Shown here one piece after another: positions 1-8,677 of a stretch of 61,854 bases of DNA. A program made the translations under genes and the position numbers. The notes beneath the pieces are model-generated. The model did no database searches. It saw only the letters and a list, made by a program, of their open reading frames with translations, and was not told the DNA's origin. Source of the DNA: Anaerolineae bacterium (GTDB lineage Bacteria; Chloroflexota; Anaerolineae; B4-G1); NCBI GenBank assembly GCA_034432855.1, contig DAOUBA010000147.1:1-61854 (forward strand). Reading direction: 5' to 3'. Every line of letters begins with the position of its first letter. The first letter of the stretch is position 1.

Positions 1-16
1 ATTGGGCAAGGATTTT

Positions 17-90
17 GCCACAAAGGACACGACGGTCACACGAAGGACACAAAGGTATCCTTAGTGTCCTTTGTGTATCCTTTTTGTCCC
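17..90. repeat. AAGGACAC-unit phased repeat with inverted partner, 3' of the aminotransferase gene
   Basis: gccacaaaggacacgacggtcacacgaaggacacaaagg followed by gtgtcctttgtgtatcc. The 14-mer cacaaaggacacga (19-32) recurs at 54593-54606. Confidence 0.5.
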
Positions 91-121
91 TGGTGGTTTT
101 ATTGGTTCCGGCTTGTCCGGG

Positions 122-1390
122 TTAGGGATTAGGAAAGGATTGTTTGAAGATTGTGATCGCGGTTTCGATCTGCTCCTCCGTGACGATGAGGGGCGGCATC
201 CAGCGCACGACGTTATCATATGCGCCGCAGGTCAACAACAACAGGCGCCGCTCCAGACAGCGCCCGATCACCTCTTTGACGACGGCGGAAGCCGGCGTAC
301 GGTCGGCGGCGGTGAACTCGGTGGCGACCATCAGCCCCAGCCCACGCACGTCGCCGATGACCGGGAACTCACGTTGCAGTTCGCGCAGCCGTTCCAGCAA
401 GAGCGCGCCCTGGCGCTGCGCGTTCTCCAGCAGTCCCTCCTCGCGGATGACGCGCACGGTGGCGACCGCCGCAGCGCAGGCGACGGCGTTGCCGCCGTAG
501 GTGCCGCCGTGCGAGCCGGGCGTCCATCGCTCCATCAGCTCCCGCCGCGCCGCCACACACGAGAGCGGCAACCCGGAGGCCAGCCCCTTCGCCATCACCA
601 GAATATCCGGCGTGACGCCAAAGTGCTCTATGGCGAACCACCTGCCGGTGCGCCCGAATCCGCACTGAATCTCGTCGGCGATGAGCAGAATCCCGTGCTC
701 ATCGCAGATACGGCGCACGCCCTGCAGAAAGCCCGGCGGCGGCACGACGTAGCCCCCCTCGCCCAGCACCGGCTCGATCAGGATCGCCGCCGTCTCTGCG
801 GGCGCGGTCTGGGTCCTGAGCAGGAATTCCAATTCGCGCAGACAGAACGCCTCGGTCTGCTCGGGACTCCAGCCATAGCGGTAGGCGTACGGGTACGGCG
901 CGGTAAAGACGCCCGCCGGCAGGGGTTGATATCCGGCGCGGTAGATCGTCTTGGAGGTGGTCAATGCCATCGCCAACGCAGTGCGACCGTGGAAACTACC
1001 CTGGAAGACAATGACGTTGGGCCGTCCAGTCGCGTGACGGGCCAGTTTAATCGCGCCCTCGACCGCCTCTGCGCCGCTGTTGGAGAAGAAGAAGCAGTCA
1101 ATCGTCGGCGGCACGATCGTACGCAGTTCCCGCGCCAATTCCAGGAGCGGCCTGTGGTAGACGATGTTGACCTGCCCATGCAGGAGTCTGGTCGCCTGTT
1201 CCCGGATCGCCTGCACCACCCGGGGGTGGCAATGGCCGGTATTGGTCACGGCGATGCCACAGGTGAAATCCAGGTAGCGCGCGCCGTCTTCACCGTAGAT
1301 ATAAGCCCCCTCCGCCCGTTCCGCTACGATAGGGGTGTAGCGTTTCCAGACGGGAGAGATGAGAGATTCCGACGATAGTGATTTGCGCAT
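122..1390 (-). CDS. class-III PLP aminotransferase (4-aminobutyrate / omega-amino acid type)
   Basis: 422-aa ORF. Motifs: FSNSGAEAVEGAIKLAR, LIADEIQCGFGRTG, DILVMAKGLASG (PLP lysine), GGTYGGN. GGAGG RBS before the ATG at 1390. Confidence 0.85.
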   Translation of the reverse strand: MRKSLSSESLISPVWKRYTPIVAERAEGAYIYGEDGARYLDFTCGIAVTNTGHCHPRVVQAIREQATRLLHGQVNIVYHRPLLELARELRTIVPPTIDCFFFSNSGAEAVEGAIKLARHATGRPNVIVFQGSFHGRTALAMALTTSKTIYRAGYQPLPAGVFTAPYPYAYRYGWSPEQTEAFCLRELEFLLRTQTAPAETAAILIEPVLGEGGYVVPPPGFLQGVRRICDEHGILLIADEIQCGFGRTGRWFAIEHFGVTPDILVMAKGLASGLPLSCVAARRELMERWTPGSHGGTYGGNAVACAAAVATVRVIREEGLLENAQRQGALLLERLRELQREFPVIGDVRGLGLMVATEFTAADRTPASAVVKEVIGRCLERRLLLLTCGAYDNVVRWMPPLIVTEEQIETAITIFKQSFPNP

Positions 1391-1444
1391 AGAGCCTCCA
1401 CAGGTGATCGTTCAACGGGGTAGGGGCAGAGCGGCGCTCTACTC

Positions 1445-3253
1445 CTACCCCGTGTCCCACCCGCGCAGTTCGTAGTAGAGCGGCAGCAGCCGCTCCAGGT
1501 CGGGGAGGTTGCCGGCTGCGCCGCCGGAGGGCCGTGGCTCCGTCAGCAAGCGGCGGGGCAGCGTGTCGTCGGTGCGGGTGATGCCCAACCTCAGGTTGAT
1601 CTGCCGCTTCAGGTTGAACAGCCGCTCGCCGGTGCACAACAGGTCGTCGGCGCTCCAGTCCCAGCCGGTCGCCGCGTTGACCAGCGCCGCAGTCCGTGCC
1701 GGGGCCAGGCCGCCCTTGATCATGAATTTGCACAGCCCCAGCGGGTTGAAGACGCTCAGATAGTTCTGAAACGTGATCACCAGGCGCACGGTTTCCTCGT
1801 TAGAGGCCAGGCGGTCATAAGGGCCTTCCTGCCAGCCGGGCCACTCGATGCCATAGCCACGCCAGTAGGTGCCGCTCTCCAGGTGACAGGCGCCGCGGTT
1901 GGCGGTGGCATAGTTGAGTCCCATGTCCACAAAGGCGCGCGGGTCGTGATAGGCCACCTCCAGCCCTTTGACGTGGATGGCGAAGGATTCCGCTTCTGGC
2001 CCCAGCCGCGATGCCGCCGTGCGGACACCCTCGGCCAGTAACGCCCCCAGCCCTTCGCGGCGCGCGATCTGTTCGAGCAATGTCAGCACCGGCCCAGGCT
2101 CCCCCCACGCCAGGCGCAGACCACCCGCCTCTTCCGGCGCGATCAGGCCCCGCTCCATTGCCTCGGTGGCGAAGGCGATCACGCCGGAGGTGGAGATCGT
2201 ATCCAGCCCCAGGTCATTGCAGCGCGCGTTAATCGCCGCCAGCGCCTCCAGGTTATCAATCAACAGGTTGCTGCCAAAGCCGCACAGTGTCTCGTACTCC
2301 GGCCCCTCGCCCCAGGTTCCGGCGTAGGGGCCATCCTTGACTTCGATCACCTTGCCGCAGCCGAGCGGGCAGGCATGGCAAAAGGTATCCCGCACGCGCA
2401 GCTTCTCGCGGATGGACAGACCGGAGATGGCCTGCGCCCCGTCGGGCCAGGAGCCCTCCTGCCAGTTCTTGAGCGGCAGGCCGCCGAATTTCTCCGCGCC
2501 GGGGATACCGCCGGCCGTGCCTGTCAAAGACATCCCCTCGGAGCGCAAGCGGATGTAATTGTTGGCTTCCCTTACCAGGGCGCGGAGGCGCGCCGGGTCG
2601 GCATAGGTGGGACGCAGCGCTGCATCCTTACCTCCACCGTACACGACGATTGCCTTGAGGTTCTTCGACCCCAGCAATGCCCCCATCCCGCCGCGTCCCG
2701 CTGCCCGGTTATGCGCGTGACCGTCAACCATCACCCCGGCCAACGGGACGCCGTTCTCCCCTGCCGGGCCGATGCAGGCGGCGCGGGTGCCGGGAGCGGT
2801 ATCCTTTAACAGGCGCGCGTGCGTCTCGAACGTCCCGCGTCCCCACAGGTGACCAGCCTCCCGCACCTCGGCCTGCCCGTTGTGCACCCACAGATAGACC
2901 GGAACCGCTGCCCGCCCGGTGATCACCAGCCCATCCAGCCCGGCAAAGCGCAGTGCTGCTCCCCAGTGGCCGCCCACGTTCGACTCGTTCCAGATGCCGG
3001 TGAGGGGGGAACGCCCGCACCAGGACGTTCGCGCCGCGCCCGGGGCAAAGCTGCCGGTCAGCAGGCCGTTAAAGACGAGGAGAGGAGCCTCGGGGAGTGT
3101 GGGAGCCGGGAGGTGAGGGAGTTGAGAGAACAGGTGGGCTGCCAGACCACTGCCCAGCAACCATGTCGAGACATCCTCAGCAATGACCGGCTCCTGGGTG
3201 ACCGTCCCGCTGCTCAGGTCCACCCGCAGATACCACCCGGCGTGTACGCTCAT
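1445..3253 (-). CDS. aldehyde:ferredoxin oxidoreductase family (tungstopterin enzyme), copy 1
   Basis: 602-aa ORF. AOR-like N-terminus (YLRVDLSSGTV), GRGGMGALLGSKNLKAIVV and CHACPLGCG cluster motif. GAGGAGG RBS. Its start overlaps the stop of the upstream gene by 4 nt. Confidence 0.85.
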   Translation of the reverse strand: MSVHAGWYLRVDLSSGTVTQEPVIAEDVSTWLLGSGLAAHLFSQLPHLPAPTLPEAPLLVFNGLLTGSFAPGAARTSWCGRSPLTGIWNESNVGGHWGAALRFAGLDGLVITGRAAVPVYLWVHNGQAEVREAGHLWGRGTFETHARLLKDTAPGTRAACIGPAGENGVPLAGVMVDGHAHNRAAGRGGMGALLGSKNLKAIVVYGGGKDAALRPTYADPARLRALVREANNYIRLRSEGMSLTGTAGGIPGAEKFGGLPLKNWQEGSWPDGAQAISGLSIREKLRVRDTFCHACPLGCGKVIEVKDGPYAGTWGEGPEYETLCGFGSNLLIDNLEALAAINARCNDLGLDTISTSGVIAFATEAMERGLIAPEEAGGLRLAWGEPGPVLTLLEQIARREGLGALLAEGVRTAASRLGPEAESFAIHVKGLEVAYHDPRAFVDMGLNYATANRGACHLESGTYWRGYGIEWPGWQEGPYDRLASNEETVRLVITFQNYLSVFNPLGLCKFMIKGGLAPARTAALVNAATGWDWSADDLLCTGERLFNLKRQINLRLGITRTDDTLPRRLLTEPRPSGGAAGNLPDLERLLPLYYELRGWDTG

Positions 3254-3657
3254 GCCGCCTCCTCACTGACCTGCAGGCTCGCCGATTCATGTTCCTGCGC
3301 CAACCGCTGGAACAGCCGCGCCACCTCACGGATGGGCAGTCTGGCCGCCGCGTCGCGGTAGAAACGGGCCGCCGCCTCTTCCTGCTCCTGCGCCTGGGCC
3401 CGAAGCGCCGCCGCTTCGGCCTGGGGGTCGAGCGTCACGGCGTACGCGTTGCCATCCAGCCCGGTGATGGATTCCAGGATCATCTCGGCCACGCCCTCGC
3501 GGCGGGCCTGCTCCAGCCGCGCCAGCCGTTTACGGGCGGCCTGCTCCAGCTCCTGCAGGGAAGGCACAACCTCGCCCGCCGTCTCATAGAAAGCCGCGCT
3601 CTGTTCCTCCATCTGCATCGCAAAGCGCAAAATCGCGCCAAAAGTACCCAGCTCCAT
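3250..3657 (-). CDS. small ferritin/rubrerythrin-like helical protein (hypothetical)
   Basis: 135-aa ORF, two-fold A..ME..SAAFY / EE.AARFY helix pattern, translationally coupled to AOR copy 1. No metal-ligand ExxH motif was seen. Confidence 0.5.
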   Translation of the reverse strand: MELGTFGAILRFAMQMEEQSAAFYETAGEVVPSLQELEQAARKRLARLEQARREGVAEMILESITGLDGNAYAVTLDPQAEAAALRAQAQEQEEAAARFYRDAAARLPIREVARLFQRLAQEHESASLQVSEEAA

Positions 3658-3670
3658 ACCATACCCCCTC

Positions 3671-3756
3671 TGCGAATGTACGAATCTACGAATCCACGAA
3701 TATGCGAATGTGCCAGCGATGCGCCATTCGTCAGTTCGTCAATTCGCAAATTCGCT
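3671..3756. repeat. 8-nt-phased palindromic repeat (CGAAT arm / ATTCG arm)
   Basis: tgcgaatg tacgaatc tacgaatc cacgaata tgcgaatg, loop tgccagcgatgcg, then ccattcgt cagttcgt caattcgc aaattcgc. Lies between the mmsA stop and the ferritin-like gene start. Confidence 0.7.
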
Positions 3757-5209
3757 AGAACCACCGGCTGATGACCACTTTCCGGTCGGTGAAGAACTGG
3801 ATTGCATCGCGGCCCTGGCCGTGCAGATCGCCAAAGAAGGACTGCTTCATCCCGGCGAAGGGGAAAGTGGCGATGGGTGCGGCGACGCCGATGTTGACGC
3901 CGATATTGCCGCATTTGACCCGGTATTTGAACTCGCGCGCCCACTTTCCGCTGGAGGTGAAGATTGACGCTGCGTTGCCATAGGGAATGGCCTCGATGAT
4001 GGCGAGCGCCTCCTCGAAATCGGCCGCCGGGATGATACCCAGCACCGGGCCAAATATCTCGTCCTGTGCGATCGCCATCTCCAGGCGCACCCGGTCAAAG
4101 ATCGTCGGGCCGACAAAGTAGCCGTTGGGATTGCCGGCCACGGCGACTGTGCGCCCATCGAGCAACAACTCTGCGCCTTCCTGCACACCTTTTTCGATGT
4201 AACCCAACACGCGCTCCTTTGCCTTGCGCGAGACCACCGGCCCCATCTGCACGCTCTCGTCCAGCCCATCGCCGACCTTGATGCGCGCCGCCGCTTCTAC
4301 CAGGCGCTCCTTCAGCGGCTCATAGACCTTGCCGACGGCCAACACGAGCGCTCCGGCCAGGCAGCGCTGTCCGGCCGTACCGAAGGCCGAGGTGAGGATC
4401 GCCGCGACCGTCCCTTCCAGCGCAGCGTCGGGCATCACCACCAGCGCGTTCTTGGCTCCGGCCTGGCACTGCGCCCGTTTGCCGTTGGCCGCCGCCGTGG
4501 CGTAGATATACTTCCCCACCGGCGTCGAGCCGACAAAGGAGACGCCCGCCACGTCGGGGTGTGTGAGTAGCGCGTCCACCACGCCCTTTGCCCCATTGAC
4601 CAGGTTGATCACGCCAGGCGGGAATTCCGCCTCGTCCAGCAGTTCGAATATCTGGTTCTGGCTGACCGGGCAGACCTCGGAGGGCTTGACAATGTAGGTG
4701 TTGCCACAGGCGACAGCATAGGGCATGAACCAAAACGGCACCATTGCCGGGAAGTTGAAGGGCGCCACGCAGCAGAAAACACCGACCGGCTGGAGGACGC
4801 ACTCCTCGTCAATGCCGGCGGCGATGTCCTCGGCGTTGTAACCCATCATCAGCGAGGGAACGCCGGCCGCCACCTCGACGTTCTCGATGGCCCGGCGCAC
4901 CTCGCCCCGCGCCTCATCTATGATTTTGCCATGCTCGATAGTGATGGTGTGGGCCAGGTCCTCGAAATGCTCCTCCATCAACGCCTTGAGGCGGAACATA
5001 TAGCGCGAGCGCACCACGGCGGGCGTTTCGCGCCATTCCTGGAACGCCTCCTTCGCAGCGACTATGGCCCGATTAACCTCATCGGTCGTCGAAAGAGGGA
5101 CACGTGCGATCACTTCGTCGGTAGCAGGGTTGTGCACGTCCAGCAATTCACTCGAAGTCGAGGTTACCCATTCGCCGCCGATATAGTTCTTGAGTGTTCC
5201 GTAGCGCAT
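3755..5209 (-). CDS. mmsA: methylmalonate/malonate-semialdehyde dehydrogenase (CoA-acylating)
   Basis: Aldehyde dehydrogenase fold with MmsA-type motifs (GTLKNYIGGEW, FNFPAMVPFWFMPYAVACGNTYIVKPSE, QRCLA). ATG at 5209 follows a GGGAGGAAG RBS; the track ORF begins earlier at a TTG. Confidence 0.85.
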   Translation of the reverse strand: MRYGTLKNYIGGEWVTSTSSELLDVHNPATDEVIARVPLSTTDEVNRAIVAAKEAFQEWRETPAVVRSRYMFRLKALMEEHFEDLAHTITIEHGKIIDEARGEVRRAIENVEVAAGVPSLMMGYNAEDIAAGIDEECVLQPVGVFCCVAPFNFPAMVPFWFMPYAVACGNTYIVKPSEVCPVSQNQIFELLDEAEFPPGVINLVNGAKGVVDALLTHPDVAGVSFVGSTPVGKYIYATAAANGKRAQCQAGAKNALVVMPDAALEGTVAAILTSAFGTAGQRCLAGALVLAVGKVYEPLKERLVEAAARIKVGDGLDESVQMGPVVSRKAKERVLGYIEKGVQEGAELLLDGRTVAVAGNPNGYFVGPTIFDRVRLEMAIAQDEIFGPVLGIIPAADFEEALAIIEAIPYGNAASIFTSSGKWAREFKYRVKCGNIGVNIGVAAPIATFPFAGMKQSFFGDLHGQGRDAIQFFTDRKVVISRWF

Positions 5210-5517
5210 GACTTCCTCCCTTATTTCTGGTTCTCGGTACAAAACGCCGTAGGAGGGCTCCAGAGTCCGAAATCGGCGTCAGAGACGCCTCTTACCACAG
5301 TTTTGTACCGGAAACTATTTCTAAGCATTGGCGATGTCGGGCGCATATAAATCTTGGGGGGGACGAACGTTGGTTGAGCGCCGCCGTGTGCTCAAAGCAC
5401 ACGGCTGAGCCAAAAAGCCCTGTCGGGCTTATTTTCAGCCCCCGAAGGGGGCTTTTGCCTGTTCAGCCCGGTGCTTTAGCGCCGGGCACGAGACAGTCAG
5501 CACTTCCCCCCCAAGTG

Positions 5518-6843
5518 CTACATGCGCCCGGCGATGTCCGACAGCGCCCGCTCAATAATGTCAAGCCCCTCATCCAGTTGTGCCCGGTTGATGCACAACG
5601 GTGGGACGACGAAGAGCAAATGTCCGTTGATGAACGTAAACAGGCCATTCTCACGCAGGAACGCGCCGATTCGGTTCATCTCGGCGCTCTTGCCGCCCCA
5701 GGGGGCCAGTGGCTCTTTGGTGGCCCTATCCTTGACCAGTTCGATCACCGAGAACAGCCCGATGTAGCGCACGTCGCCCACCACGGCGTGGCGCGCCTTG
5801 ATCTCCTCCAGCCGCTGTCCCAGGACTTGCCCCAGCGTAGCGGCGTTCTCGATCAGGCCGTCCTCCTGGTAGACCTGCAACGTGGCAATGGCAGCGGCGC
5901 AGGCCAGCGGATGGCCGCTGTAGGTCAGCCCGCACCAGAACATTCTATCCTCGAAGAACTGTGCGATCGGTTCCGAGACGATCACCGCGCCAAGCGGCAC
6001 GTAGCCGGAGGTGAGGCCCTTGGCGCAGGTGATAATGTCGGGCACGACGCCCCAATGATCCACGGCAAACCACTTTCCCGTGCGCCCAAAGCCGCTCATC
6101 ACCTCGTCGGAGACGAGCAGGATGCCATACTTGTCGCACATCTCGCGCATGCGCGGCCAATAATCGTCGGGCGGGACGAGCAACCCGTTGGAGCCAGTCA
6201 CTCCTTCCAGGAAAATCGCCGCGATATTCTGCGCCCCCTCGAAGCGGATGACGTCCTCGACGTGGGTGATGCACTCGCGATGACAGGTCTCGCGCGTCCA
6301 GCCGAAATGGCAGCGGTAACAATACGGGTCGAAGACGTGCACGACGCCCGGGATGGCCGGCTCCGCTGGCCAGCGGCGCTGGTCGCCGGTGAGCGCCATC
6401 GCGCCGTGGGTGGCGCCGTGGTAGGAGCGGTAGCGGGCGATGATCTTGTGTCGCCCGGTATAAGCGCGGGCGATCTTGATCGCGTTCTCGTTCGCCTCCG
6501 CACCGCCCAGGCAGAAGAAGGTCTTCTTGAGATTGCCGGGAGCAAATTGCGCCAGTAACTCGCCCATCCGCCCGCGCGGCTCCGTCGCCAGCGCCGGCTG
6601 GACGAAGCAGAGTTGGGCAGCCTGCTCCTGAATGGCGCGCACCACCCTGGGATGCTGGTGGCCGATGTTCAGATTCATCAGTTGGGAGGAAAAGTCAAGG
6701 TAGCGTTTGCCATCGGCATCCCAGAAGTAGACGCCTTCACCGCGCACAGCGGCGATGGGGTTGACGGCAGACTGGACGGACCAGGAGAAGAATGTGTACT
6801 CCCGATTCAGGCGGACGATCTCCTGCGCACTCAGTGAAGTCAT
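5518..6843 (-). CDS. class-III PLP aminotransferase (omega-amino acid:pyruvate type)
   Basis: 441-aa ORF: CLGGAEANENAIKIAR, LVSDEVMSGFGRTG, DIITCAKGLTSGY. GAGGAG RBS. Confidence 0.85.
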   Translation of the reverse strand: MTSLSAQEIVRLNREYTFFSWSVQSAVNPIAAVRGEGVYFWDADGKRYLDFSSQLMNLNIGHQHPRVVRAIQEQAAQLCFVQPALATEPRGRMGELLAQFAPGNLKKTFFCLGGAEANENAIKIARAYTGRHKIIARYRSYHGATHGAMALTGDQRRWPAEPAIPGVVHVFDPYCYRCHFGWTRETCHRECITHVEDVIRFEGAQNIAAIFLEGVTGSNGLLVPPDDYWPRMREMCDKYGILLVSDEVMSGFGRTGKWFAVDHWGVVPDIITCAKGLTSGYVPLGAVIVSEPIAQFFEDRMFWCGLTYSGHPLACAAAIATLQVYQEDGLIENAATLGQVLGQRLEEIKARHAVVGDVRYIGLFSVIELVKDRATKEPLAPWGGKSAEMNRIGAFLRENGLFTFINGHLLFVVPPLCINRAQLDEGLDIIERALSDIAGRM

Positions 6844-6885
6844 CAGGCCGCTCCTCTCTGGAAATCCGCACGCCTGCCGGCGGTA

Positions 6886-8208
6886 TCAGCGTTTCACCGC
6901 CCGCACCACGTCCTCCATCACGTTGAGCGTCTCGTCCACAACGGCGTCGGAGTGGGAGTAGGACATGAACCACGGCTCACGCGGGTCATAGTCGGGCATG
7001 ACGCCACGTGCATAGGCGGCCTGGATCAGCCGCAGGTAGTAATCATGATCGCTGCGTGTCCAGCCCCGTTGGTCAGTCGGCTTTTCCGCAAGGCCGATGA
7101 CGAGCGAGAACATGGCCGGGTGGCCGCAGATGGTCGCCGGGATGCCGGCATCGTCGAAGATGCGCTTCAGTCCGGTCTGGAGGCGGCGTCCGCGTTCGGC
7201 GATGGTTTCCAGGATCGGCTGGTTCGCCAGCAGTTCCAGCGTCGCGGCCGCTGCAGTCACCCCCACGACGTTACCGGCGTAGGTGCCGCCGCAGGCCACC
7301 CCCACACCGACCACTTCCATGATCTCCCGTCTGCCGCCGAACGCCGCCACAGGATAGCCGTTGCCGAGGGCCTTCGCGTAGGTCGCCAGGTCGGGCAACA
7401 CGCCGTAGACCTCCTGCGCCCCGCCACGCGCGATGCGGAAGCCGGTCTTTACCTCGTCGAAGATGAGCACGATGCCATACTCGCTGCACTTTGCGCGCAA
7501 CAGTTCCAGCCAGCCCGGCAGCGGCTCGATGGCGGCGCAGTTGCCCAACATTGGCTCGACCAGGATCGCCGCCACCTCGTGCCACGTGCGGCGGACGGTC
7601 GCCTCGAGCACTTCAAAGTCGTTGAAAGGCAGCGTGATGATCAGGTCGTGCAGGACCCGGGGGATACCTGAGGTAGAGGGCACCGGGATAGGGCTGCGAC
7701 GGTTGCCGTACGATTTCGGATCGGTGTAGGTAGAGAAGAGGACATAGTCGCACATGCCATTGTACTGGCCCTCGAATTTGATGATCTTTTCGCGGCCGGT
7801 GTAGGCGCGGGCGACGCGCAACGCGTGCATCACCGCCTCGCTGCCGGTGTTGGTGAGGCGCACCATCTCAACCGCCGGGCACATCTCCACGATTTTCTCG
7901 GCGACGCTGACTTCCAGCGGCTGGGTGAAGGCGTAGACGACACCGTTCGCCAGCGCCTCCCGCACCCGGGTATCCACCTCGTCGTAGGCATGCCCCAGGA
8001 TGATCGGCCCGAAGCCCAGCCGGTAATCAATGAAACGATTGCCGTCTATGTCCCACAGGTAAGGCCCCTTTGCCCGTTCGACGAAGAGGGTATCCTCACT
8101 CCCCCAGTAGCGGAAGTTGGAACTGACGCCCAAGGGCATCACTTTAGCAGCGCGTGGCCACATGGCCCGGCTTTTTTCATGGTTAAAGTCCATGTCTGCC
8201 TCCCTCAA
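6886..8208 (-). CDS. class-III aminotransferase, glutamate-1-semialdehyde aminomutase-like
   Basis: 440-aa ORF: LTNTGSEAVMHALRVARAYTGR, LIFDEVKTGFR, DLATYAKALGNGYP. A 4-nt overlap couples it to the ferredoxin gene. Confidence 0.8.
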   Translation of the reverse strand: MREADMDFNHEKSRAMWPRAAKVMPLGVSSNFRYWGSEDTLFVERAKGPYLWDIDGNRFIDYRLGFGPIILGHAYDEVDTRVREALANGVVYAFTQPLEVSVAEKIVEMCPAVEMVRLTNTGSEAVMHALRVARAYTGREKIIKFEGQYNGMCDYVLFSTYTDPKSYGNRRSPIPVPSTSGIPRVLHDLIITLPFNDFEVLEATVRRTWHEVAAILVEPMLGNCAAIEPLPGWLELLRAKCSEYGIVLIFDEVKTGFRIARGGAQEVYGVLPDLATYAKALGNGYPVAAFGGRREIMEVVGVGVACGGTYAGNVVGVTAAAATLELLANQPILETIAERGRRLQTGLKRIFDDAGIPATICGHPAMFSLVIGLAEKPTDQRGWTRSDHDYYLRLIQAAYARGVMPDYDPREPWFMSYSHSDAVVDETLNVMEDVVRAVKR

Positions 8209-8630
8209 TCATTGCTCTCTGCCCCGGCCAGACTTACCGCCTGGGGATAACAATACTTTACACACTGCGGATCGCCACCACACAGGTCGCATGCCAGCGC
8301 CCGCTGAGTGGGTAGGTCAAAATACATTGCTCCATAGGGACAGGCCGGCACGCAGGCCGGGTCACCCCCACAGCCATCGCATTTCTGGAGGTCAATGGCC
8401 AGGGGTTGCCGCGCTCCGGCGCGTGAGATCGCCCCGCGCGGACAGGTCTCGATGCAGGGGGCCTTGGGGCACGAGAAGCAGGCCATCACCGCGCTCTTGC
8501 CCTCCAGCGGGTTGTTGGTGACGCGGATGCGCGCCCTGGTCGGGGCGAACTCGTCGAAATGCGTCGCTGAGCAGATCAATTCGCACAGACGGCAGCCAGT
8601 GCATAACTTGCTTGCAAACTTGAGTGGCAT
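8205..8630 (-). CDS. 4Fe-4S dicluster ferredoxin-domain protein
   Basis: Cys clusters CTGCRLCELIC, CFSCPKAPCIETCP, CDGCGGDPACVPACP, CDLCGGDPQCVKYC. ATG at 8630 follows GGGAGGAAG. Confidence 0.8.
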   Translation of the reverse strand: MPLKFASKLCTGCRLCELICSATHFDEFAPTRARIRVTNNPLEGKSAVMACFSCPKAPCIETCPRGAISRAGARQPLAIDLQKCDGCGGDPACVPACPYGAMYFDLPTQRALACDLCGGDPQCVKYCYPQAVSLAGAESND

Positions 8631-8642
8631 CGCTTCCTCCCT

Positions 8643-8677
8643 CACGTGCTACGCCTTACGTTTCACGTTTCACGCAT
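8643..8677. repeat. 7-nt-phased nACGnnn repeat (single arm)
   Basis: cacgtgc tacgcct tacgttt cacgttt cacgcat. Spans the last codons of AOR copy 2 and the ferredoxin 5' UTR, and resembles the right arms at 32320-32364 and 48940-48978. Confidence 0.5.

Noticed and set aside
71-1378. 435-aa + strand ORF covering the whole aminotransferase gene. Similar long antisense ORFs lie at 5374-6558, 8624-9631, 15797-17029, 16957-17982, 18048-19133, 19121-20050, 20902-22014, 36502-38394, 38542-39378, 44388-45791, 47286-47966, 53489-54361 and 59323-60090.
   Set aside because: Their translations are Arg/Ala/Gly/Pro-rich with no motifs, and each lies exactly opposite a gene with clear family signatures. These are typical shadow ORFs of GC-rich DNA.
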